Assembly: GCA_031372565.1 (NCBI GenBank) | Contig: JANMLN010000001.1 | Location: forward strand, 1 to 12,940 | Reading direction: 5' to 3' | Length of the DNA stretch: 12,940 bases | DNA from: Gemmatimonadota bacterium | Lineage (GTDB): Bacteria; Gemmatimonadota; Gemmatimonadetes; Gemmatimonadales; Gemmatimonadaceae | Shown here: positions 1 through 7,000 of the stretch, piece by piece | Position numbering within the stretch: position 1 is the stretch's first letter | Layout of the letters: each line of letters opens with the position of its first letter | Translations under genes and position numbers: made by a program | The notes under the pieces: generated by a model | The model's database searches: none | What the model saw: only the letters and a program-made list of their open reading frames with translations | What the model was told of the DNA's origin: nothing

Positions 1-44
1 GCAGGGAGGGCAAGCGCCGCGAGGCACAGGAGGCGCCTGAGCAT
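1..44 (-). CDS. N-terminus of a probable exported protein, running off the window edge
   Basis: ATG at 44 lies 4 nt after the thioesterase stop and reads MLRRLLCLAALALPA..., with a signal-peptide-like basic n-region and hydrophobic h-region. Only about 14 codons are visible. Confidence 0.5.
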   Translation of the reverse strand, partial: MLRRLLCLAALALP

Positions 45-48
45 GCGA

Positions 49-474
49 TCAGGCCGGGAGATCGGCATTCATGCGGTTCCGGAATTCAGCGGGGAAGGCC
101 GTCGGGCGGCCGGTTGGATCGAGACTGATGAGCGTGGTCGCGCCGGTCACGAGCCGGGTGCCGGTGTCGGCGTGCACGATGCGGTAGGTGAAGCTGATGG
201 TGCGCGAACGAACCTCGGCGAGCGTGGTCTCAACCCGGATGAGGTCGTCGTATCGCGCAGGCGCGTGATAGCGCAGCGACGCGTCGGAGACGGCGAGCCT
301 CGTGCCCTGCCGTTCGATCTCGGCGTAGGGCATGCCAAGGCGCCGGATGTAGTCTGTCCTTCCGACTTCGCACCACACGAGATAGTGGCTGTGGTAGACG
401 ATGCCCATCTGATCGGTTTCCGCGTAGCGGACACGGAACTCGACGGACGCGGTGCGGTTGGGGGCGTCGGTCAT
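49..474 (-). CDS. YbgC/FadM (4-hydroxybenzoyl-CoA thioesterase-like) hotdog-fold acyl-CoA thioesterase
   Basis: The 141 aa protein carries the family motif RVRYAETDQMGIVYHSHYLVWCEVGRT and downstream YHAPARYDD. Confidence 0.92.
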   Translation of the reverse strand: MTDAPNRTASVEFRVRYAETDQMGIVYHSHYLVWCEVGRTDYIRRLGMPYAEIERQGTRLAVSDASLRYHAPARYDDLIRVETTLAEVRSRTISFTYRIVHADTGTRLVTGATTLISLDPTGRPTAFPAEFRNRMNADLPA

Positions 475-490
475 GAGGGATGGGGGAGGA

Positions 491-589
491 GAAGCAGGTC
501 CTTCGCTACGCTCAGGACGACACCAAAGCAGGTCCTTCGCTACGCTCAGGACGACACCGAAGCAGGTCCTTCGCTACGCTCAGGACGAC
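491..589. repeat. Tandem array of three 34-bp units (third truncated to 31 bp) of a REP-like imperfect palindrome
   Basis: Unit (g/a)AAGCAGGTCCTTCGCTACGCTCAGGACGACACC occurs at 491-524, 525-558 and 559-589. Its internal hairpin is GTCCT-tc-GC-tac-GC-tc-AGGAC. The minus strand reads (C/T)GTC-GTCCTGAGCGTAGCGAAGGAC, resembling CGTC-tagged REP repeats. Confidence 0.93.
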
Positions 590-595
590 GGAGAG

Positions 596-624
596 TTGGA
601 AAGATAGTGGTCGCGCGTTACACT
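596..624 (+). promoter_or_regulatory. Candidate sigma70-type promoter for a leaderless lpxH-like transcript
   Basis: TTGGAA (596-601), 17 nt, TACACT (619-624), 6 nt, GTG start (631). No Shine-Dalgarno sequence is visible. Confidence 0.6.
601..606 (-). promoter_or_regulatory. Candidate -10 box for the thioesterase transcript
   Basis: TATCTT on the minus strand fits TAnnnT and lies in the only AT-richer patch of the divergent region. No recognisable -35. Confidence 0.35.
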
Positions 625-630
625 CCGCGC

Positions 631-1419
631 GTGCTGCCGACCCCCTGCTGGATCGCCTCCGACATGCACCTGGGCGCCGTTCCGGCCGAGGTAGAGCGGC
701 AGCTGCTGACCTGGCTGCGCGCGGCGCGCACGCAGGCCGCGAGCGTGGTGCTCAACGGCGACATCTTCGACTTCTGGTACGAGTGGCGCGCGGTGATGCC
801 GCGTCACGGCTACCGGGTCGTCGCCGCGATCGCGGAGCTGGTGGACGCAGGCACGCCGGTGGTCTGGACGGGGGGCAACCACGATGCGTGGGGAGGTGAG
901 CTGCTCCGCCTTGACGTGGGCGTGGATTTTCGCCTGACGCCGTGGCGCGGCCCCATTGGCGGTTGGCAGGCGCACATCGAGCACGGCGATGGCCTGCGCG
1001 CGGTCGAAGACCGCACCTATCGGCGGGTGCGCAGCGTGCTCCGCCATCCGCTCGCCATGTGGGCGTTTCGCTGGATTCATCCCGACATTTCCTCCGCGCT
1101 CGCGCTCGGGACGTCGTCGGAGAGCCGCCATCGCAGCGGACCGCCCGAGGATGCCGGCCTGGTGCGCGTCGCCACCGAACGGCTGGTCGCTGAGCCGGCG
1201 CTCTCGCTCGTGGTGTTCGGACATACGCACGTGCGACGGCTCACGCGCGCTGGAGGGGTTGGGGTGTACGCGAACCCCGGCGGTTGGGACGCGTCGGGGG
1301 CCGCGTTCCTCTGCGTGCTGGACGATGCGATCGAGCTGCGGGCGTGGCGAGGCTCAGGCGAAGGCGAGCGTCTCGACGCGCTCGATCGGTTGACCGAGAA
1401 AACGCTGCGCGTGCCGTAG
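631..1419 (+). CDS. lpxH: UDP-2,3-diacylglucosamine diphosphatase-like (LpxH/LpxH2 family) metallophosphoesterase
   Basis: Calcineurin-like motifs SDMHLG, NGDIFDFW, GGNHD, EHGDG, FGHTH and NPGGW. Start reassigned to GTG 631 (262 aa) because the ORF-track extension to 43 overlaps the thioesterase and the repeat array. Confidence 0.8.
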   Translation: MLPTPCWIASDMHLGAVPAEVERQLLTWLRAARTQAASVVLNGDIFDFWYEWRAVMPRHGYRVVAAIAELVDAGTPVVWTGGNHDAWGGELLRLDVGVDFRLTPWRGPIGGWQAHIEHGDGLRAVEDRTYRRVRSVLRHPLAMWAFRWIHPDISSALALGTSSESRHRSGPPEDAGLVRVATERLVAEPALSLVVFGHTHVRRLTRAGGVGVYANPGGWDASGAAFLCVLDDAIELRAWRGSGEGERLDALDRLTEKTLRVP

Positions 1420-2154
1420 AAAGGCATCGGGGGCGTCGGTGGCCAACACGCGCAGGGACGGGCGCGCGCCGGGCGCGGCTCGGAGGCCACGCGCTTCAAG
1501 GACCCGGGCCGCCTCGCGCGCGGTTTCCTCGGCGCTGTCGATGAGGGTCACGGATGGGCCGAAGACCTGCGCCAGCACCGGCTTGAGCAGCGGGTAGTGG
1601 GTGCACCCCAACACGACGACATCCACCGCGGCGGCGCGCAAGGGCGCCAGATACCGCTCCGCGATCGCTTCGGTGATCGGACCGTCGAGCCACCCTTCCT
1701 CGACGAGCGGCACGAACAGCGGACAGGCTTGCGCCGTGACGACGACCTCCGGCGCCAGCGCGTGAATGGCGCGCTCGTAGGCGCCGGACGCGATGGTGCC
1801 GGTCGTGCCGATGATGCCGATGTGATCATTGTGGTCCGCGCGCACCGCCGCGCGCGCACCTGGCGTGATCACGCCAATGACGGGCACGGGGAGCGCCTGT
1901 TGCAGCGACTCGAGTGCATGCGCCGTGGCGGTGTTGCACGCGACGATGACGGCCTTGACCCCCTGCCCCACCAGCCACGCGCCGATCTCGTGCGCGTAGC
2001 GACGTACCGTCTCGGGACTCTTCGGACCGTAGGGGACACGCGCGGTATCGCCCACGTAGATGATGTGCTCATCGGGCAGCTGGGTGCGGACGGCGTGAGC
2101 GACGGTGAGGCCACCCAACCCCGAATCGAAGATGCCGATCGGCGCGCCGTTCAT
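1354..2154 (-). CDS. murI: Glutamate racemase
   Basis: Motifs IGIFDSGLGGLTV, GDTARVPYG, VACNTATA and VLGCTHYP, with both catalytic Cys present. Start reassigned to ATG 2154 (266 aa). Confidence 0.97.
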   Translation of the reverse strand: MNGAPIGIFDSGLGGLTVAHAVRTQLPDEHIIYVGDTARVPYGPKSPETVRRYAHEIGAWLVGQGVKAVIVACNTATAHALESLQQALPVPVIGVITPGARAAVRADHNDHIGIIGTTGTIASGAYERAIHALAPEVVVTAQACPLFVPLVEEGWLDGPITEAIAERYLAPLRAAAVDVVVLGCTHYPLLKPVLAQVFGPSVTLIDSAEETAREAARVLEARGLRAAPGARPSLRVLATDAPDAFLRHAQRFLGQPIERVETLAFA

Positions 2155-2173
2155 CTTCCCCGAGAGAGCGGAC

Positions 2174-2815
2174 TCACCATCGGAGGCGCATGGCGGCCTG
2201 CACCAAGGGGCCGCCAGGCAACCAGCGGACGGCGACATTGGCCGGGAGGTCCCAGAGCTGCGCCGCCACGAAGGCATCCGCTCCCGAGAAGAGGTGGTTG
2301 AACAGGATGAGGGCTGTCCAGTCCTCGGCGTTCACGCGACGCGCGACGCGCAGTTCACCACCGAACCGGTTGAACGACCACACGTCCACCACGGGTCGAC
2401 CGAGCGAATCGTTGACGACGGCGCCGGCATTGTCACGCTTGTAGGAAAACGGCAGCGAGTCGAGCCGGAAGCGGATCGCTTCGCGCTCATCGAGCCACGT
2501 CTTGCGTAACATCGAGATGCCCGTGAGCTCGAGCGCGGCGTAGAAAGCGCCGGCCACCGGACGATCAAGACGCGCCTGTCCCAGCCCAGGCAGCAACAGC
2601 GACGAGAGGAAGGCCTCGCCAGGCGAGATGGGCGGTCCGTACTTGGGTTTGGTGTTCGCGCCCGTGCGCACGGTGGCGCGCGCGCGTGTGTCGCGCTCGG
2701 GTGTGGGAAGCGGCGTCGCCGGCGTGCGAACGCCCGCCTTGGCGCTATCGAGCTGCTGCGCGAGGAGTGCACCGGGGCGAACGCCCAGCGCGGCGACGAC
2801 GAGCAATATCGTCAC
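2174..2815 (-). CDS. Exported or membrane-associated hypothetical protein (DUF5683-like)
   Basis: Signal-peptide-like TILLVVAALGVRPGALLA|QQ, then SPGEAFLSSLLLPGLGQ and C-terminal SGADAFVAAQLWD, which resemble DUF5683-type proteins. The start is uncertain; GTG 2815 is the first start codon outside the tRNA gene. Confidence 0.7.
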   Translation of the reverse strand: MTILLVVAALGVRPGALLAQQLDSAKAGVRTPATPLPTPERDTRARATVRTGANTKPKYGPPISPGEAFLSSLLLPGLGQARLDRPVAGAFYAALELTGISMLRKTWLDEREAIRFRLDSLPFSYKRDNAGAVVNDSLGRPVVDVWSFNRFGGELRVARRVNAEDWTALILFNHLFSGADAFVAAQLWDLPANVAVRWLPGGPLVQAAMRLRW

Positions 2816-2836
2816 GACGAACGTTCGCCCCCGCGC

Positions 2837-2933
2837 TGGCGGGAACGTGTGGGAATCGAACCCACCCAACCCGACGTAATCGGGTCGCATCAGTTTTGAA
2901 GACTGAGGAGACCACCAGGCCCCATCCATCCCC
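2837..2933 (-). tRNA. selC: tRNA-Sec (anticodon UCA), 97 nt with encoded CCA
   Basis: Acceptor stem GGGGATGG/ACGTTCCC followed by GCCA. 6-bp D stem GGGGCC/GGTCTC with a 4-nt TGGT loop. Anticodon arm TCAGT-CT-TCA-AA-ACTGA (TCA at 2899-2897). Long variable arm CGACCCGA/TCGGGTTG. T arm GTGGG-TTCGATT-CCCAC. This is the bacterial 8/5 tRNA-Sec fold. Confidence 0.97.
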
Positions 2934-2943
2934 TCACGAAGGC

Positions 2944-3990
2944 TCAGCGCAGATCAAGCGCAGGGGCCCCAGCGGCCCCCACGGTCCCGACCCACTCGGC
3001 GCCGGGTACCAAGGCAAGATACTCGGCCACACGCGCCTCGGGCACGGCCAGCAGCAGGCCGCCGGACGTCTGTGGATCGGTGAGGATACCTCGCATCGCG
3101 TCTTCGGTTCCGCCCCACTGTGTCATGGCATCGACGAACGCCGCGTTGCGCGTGGCGCCCCCGGTTCGCGCGCCGGCGAGCCAGTGGTGGCGCGCGCCCG
3201 GCAGCAGCGGAATGTTTGCCGACGCGATGTGCAGCGCCACGTTGCTGGCCCGCGCGACATGCGAGGCGTGGCCCAGGAAACCGAAGCCGGTCACGTCGGT
3301 GGCGCACCGCAGGCCGAGCTGTACGGCAGCACGGGCGGCGCGCTGGTTGAGCGTCTCCATGCTGGCGATCATCGCGTCGAGCTCGGCCGCGCTCGCGGTG
3401 CCCTTCTTGCCTGCGGTGGCGATGATGCCCGTGCCAAGCGGTTTGGTGAGCACGAGCGCGTCACCGGGCTGGGCCGCGGCGTTCGTGAGCACCTGCCGCG
3501 GATGCACGCGTCCGGTGACCGAGAGTCCGTACTTGATCTCGTCGTCGGTCACGGTATGGCCGCCCACCAGGAGCGCGCCCGCAGCCGTCACGGCATCCTG
3601 TCCGCCACGCAGGATCTCGGTGAGCACCTCGAGCGGCAACTTGTCGGTGGGGAATCCGACGATGTTCATCGCCGTCATCGGCTCGCCGCCCATGGCGTAC
3701 ACGTCCGACAGGGCGTTGGTCGCGGCGATGCGGCCGAAGTGGTACGGGTCGTCGACGATCGGGGCGAAGAAGTCGACGGTCTGCACCAGCGCGAAGTCAT
3801 CGGACACCACGAAGACCCCCGCATCATCCAGCGTGTCACGCCCGACGATGAGTCGGGGATCACGGATGATCGGCAGTGGCGCGAGCACTTTCGTAAGGTC
3901 GCCCGGACCCATCTTGGACGCTCAGCCAGCGGTGCGTGCGTACTGGGTGAGGCGGAAGATGTCCTCTCGGGAGTTGGTGTTCGTTGCCAT
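2944..3990 (-). CDS. selD: Selenide, water dikinase (selenophosphate synthetase), selenocysteine-containing (Sec23), 348 aa
   Basis: From ATG 3990 it reads MATNTNSREDIFRLTQYARTAG-UGA-ASKMGPGDL. It also has DDAGV, QTVDFFAPIVDDPY, NALSDVYAMGG, GGHT, TDVTGFG and DPQTSGGLL. The in-frame TGA at 3924-3922 occupies the catalytic C/U-x-x-K position. Confidence 0.96.
3892..3924 (-). promoter_or_regulatory. Candidate bacterial SECIS element directly after the selD UGA
   Basis: The mRNA reads UGA, GCGUCCAAGAU (11 nt), GGGUC, CGGGC, GACCU, UACG. This gives a 5-bp apical stem with a G-rich loop and a possible lower stem (CGU/ACG). The 11-nt spacing matches the E. coli fdhF SECIS. Confidence 0.75.
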
Positions 3991-3996
3991 GCCCGA

Positions 3997-4002
3997 ATCG
4001 TA
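3997..4002 (-). promoter_or_regulatory. Candidate -10 box for a leaderless selD transcript
   Basis: TACGAT, 6 nt (TCGGGC), ATG 3990, with no Shine-Dalgarno sequence. Confidence 0.55.
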
Positions 4003-4007
4003 ATGCA

Positions 4008-4043
4008 CGCGCGGCCGGGTCCACGAGGGGGCCCGGCCGCGCG
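4008..4043. terminator. Strong GC hairpin between the beta-propeller gene and selD (possible terminator or processing stem)
   Basis: CGCGCGGCCGGG (4008-4019) pairs perfectly with CCCGGCCGCGCG (4032-4043), 22 nt after the stop at 4066. There is no clear U-tract. Confidence 0.55.
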
Positions 4044-4065
4044 GTCGTGCTGGATGACGCGACGG

Positions 4066-7000
4066 TTACATCGTCGCCGTGGGCGTCGGCTTCTTGATCT
4101 CGTCGGTCGAGGGCATCAGCAGCGGCAACCCGGCCGCCTTGAGGAGCTCGTTGAGGCGCGGCAGGTGCGTGTCAAGCGACCGCTTGACCCCACCCGTCTG
4201 CTTGGCGAGGTCCGCGCTGAGCGAGGCGTACGCGTCGCGCGCCTGCTTGGTCGGCCGATACGCGCCGCTCCCGACGGTTTGCGCGAGCGACGCCATCTGG
4301 TTGTTGAGCTTGATGGGGAAGTTGAGCGGATCCTCGAAGCTCTGGTTCCGCACCTGATAGACCTCTTCTTCATGCCCGGATAGCTGACCCATCATCTCGT
4401 CCGCGAGCTTCTTGAACTCGACGGCATTGGCGCCCGTGATGCGCGCCCCGCGGTCGCCGACCTGCGCGCGCATGTTGCGGACCGTGCGCACTGCGTTGTT
4501 CGCCTCGCTCACCCGTTCGCGAATGGCGATGAGCAGATCGAACTGCGCGCGCAGGTCCGCGTCGCTGACGTCACTGCGCGGATCCTTGACGATCACGAAG
4601 GGCTGAGACTCCGTCACGCCGGGTGCCGACAAGCGAACCGTGTAACGGCCCGGTGGCGCAACGGGGCCGCTGGTGCCGGCCGCCCAGAAGATCATGCCAT
4701 CGAAGCGCACCGCCGGCGGGTAGCGCAGGTCCCACGCAAAGGCATTGATCCCCGCCTTGTTGGCCACGCGGGGCGGGCGCGGTGCGCGGGAGAACAGCTC
4801 CTCGAAGTCGGGCGGATGCGGCGGCTTCCCGATGTTGGCCACCGAGTCGGCAAAGGTGTCGGGGTCCGCGTCGCTGGTGAAATGGGCGACCGTCTTCCCC
4901 GCCGCGTCGAGAATGTCGACGGTAACCACCTGATTGGCCGATGCGAGATGGTACTGAAAGACAGCCGGACCGGGCGGGTTGCCGCCGGGACCCGCGCCGC
5001 CGGTAAGCAGCGCGAGCAGCGCGAAGAAACCGCCGCCCCAGTCACTGCGCATGACCGGAATGGGCGCGAAGAGATGCGCGGGCTTGCTCACAACGGCGGG
5101 CGCGAGTTGCCGAAGCGCGCTGATGTTGTCGAGGACCCAGAACGAGCGGCCGTGCGTGGCCGCGATCAGGTCCGCGTCCTTGATGCGCAGGTCATGCACT
5201 GGAACGCGCGGGAGGTTCCGGTTGAGCGGCTTCCATCCGAGCCCGTCATCGAACGAGACGTACACCCCGCGCTCCGTGCCCGCAAACAGCATCCCGCGGC
5301 GCGCGGGATCTTCACGTACGACGCGCAGGAAGTGGTCGGCGGCGATGCCCGTCGTGATCCTGGTCCATGTCTTGCCGAAGTCGGTCGTCTTGAAGGCGAG
5401 CGGTTGCCGGTCACCCAACTGGTAGCGATTTGCCGCCACGTAGGCCGTGCCCGCGTCGGCGTGCGACGGTTCGATCGATGCGATGCGGGAGAAGTCGCCG
5501 AGCGCCGGCGGCGACACGTTGGTCCAGGTGGCGCCGTTGTTGCGCGAGAGCCAGACCAGGCCATCGTCGGTTCCGACCCAGAGTATTCCCTTGGTGACGG
5601 GGGACTCGTCGAAGGCGAAGATCGTGGCGTACGTCTCGACACCGGTCTGATCCTTGGTGATCGGACCGCCCGATGCCTCGAGCGTCTTCGGATCGCGGCG
5701 CGCAAGCTCGGGACTGAAGGCGGTCCAGCTTTCGCCTTCGTTGGTCGAGCGGAAGAGCTGCGACCCGCCGGCGTAGAGCACCTTCGGATCGTGGCGCGAG
5801 AAGACGATCGGGTAGGTCCACTGGAAGCGGACCTTGATGTCCTTGGACGAGTACCCCATCGGGTTGATGGGATAGATGGAGATGTCGCGCGTGAAGCCCG
5901 TCCGCAGGTCCTTTCGAGTGAGGACGCCGCCGTAACTGCCCGCGAAGATGATGTTCGGCTTGGTCGGATGCGGCGTGACGAATCCCGACTCGCCGCCCCC
6001 TGCTTCCTTCCAGTCGCTGATCGAGACCTGTCCCTCGCCGCGGCTCGGACCGCACAGGGTGGAGTTGTCCTGCTGCGCGCCGCAGATCAGGTACGGATAG
6101 TCGTTGTTCGTGTCGACGTGGTACATCTGCGCCGTCGCGAAGGCGAGCTCGGTCCAGTTGCGCCCGCCGTTGGTGCTGATGTTCGCGCCGCCATCGTTGG
6201 ACTCGATCATCCGGTTCGGATCATCGGGCGCGATCCAGAGCGCGTGATTGTCGGGGTGTTTCGGATTGAGCGGCTCCTTGAACGTCACGCCGCCATCGCG
6301 CGAGCGATACATCCCGACGTTCATGGCATAGAGCATGTTCGTGTCCTTCGGATCGGCCACGATCTTCGAGTAGTACCAGGCGCGTTGGCGCAGCTTCCGG
6401 TCCTGATTGATCCAGCGCCAGCTGGCCCCCGCGTCGTCGGAGCGGTAGACGCCCCCGGAATCGTGCTCGATGATGGCCCACACGCGGTTCGGCTTCGCGG
6501 GCGAGACGGCGATGCCGATCTTTCCCGTGATGCCCTGCGGCAGTCCCGTGGCGGTGCGCTGCAAATGCGCCCACGTGCGTCCACCGTCGGTGGACTTGTA
6601 GAGGCCGCTCCCCATGCCACCCGACGACATCGACCACGACGTGCGAAAGGCCTGCCAGGTGGCCGCGTACAGCACGTCCGGGTTGGACGGATCAAGGATC
6701 AGATCGATCGCACCGGTCGAGTCGTTGACGAACAGGACGCGCGCGAAGGTCTTGCCGCCGTCGCTGGTCTTGTAGACGCCACGCGTGCCACTGGCTGCAA
6801 ACGGGTCGCCGAAGACGGCGAACCACGCGATCTGGCTGTTGGTCGGGTGAACGCGGATCGTGGCGATGTGTTCGCTCTTGAAGCCGAGGAAGCTCCACGT
6901 CTTGCCGGCATCGATGGTCTTCCAGAGACCGTCGCCGGGCGCCGCGTTGCCGCGGATCTCCGTTTCGCCACCACCGACCCAGACGAGATCGGGATTCTGT

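Noticed and set aside
491..589. CRISPR array
   Set aside because: The units are contiguous with no unique spacers, and there are no cas genes in the window.
43..630. Long N-terminal extension of the LpxH-like ORF (458 aa call)
   Set aside because: It is antisense to a clear thioesterase and runs through the repeat array. The first family motif (SDMHLG) begins just after GTG 631.
2816..2870. Genomic island integrated at the selC 3' end
   Set aside because: selC is a known integration hotspot, but I see no integrase, no duplicated tRNA 3' end and no compositional shift.
2944..2946. Sec readthrough of the terminal UGA of selD (or of the murI, tatD, secD and truB UGA stops)
   Set aside because: The proteins are complete at these stops, which abut or overlap the next gene. 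Continuing selD runs into the tRNA and soon stops.
3922..3924. selD as a pseudogene with a nonsense mutation
   Set aside because: The stop is UGA at exactly the catalytic position, it is followed by a SECIS-like hairpin, and tRNA-Sec is adjacent.
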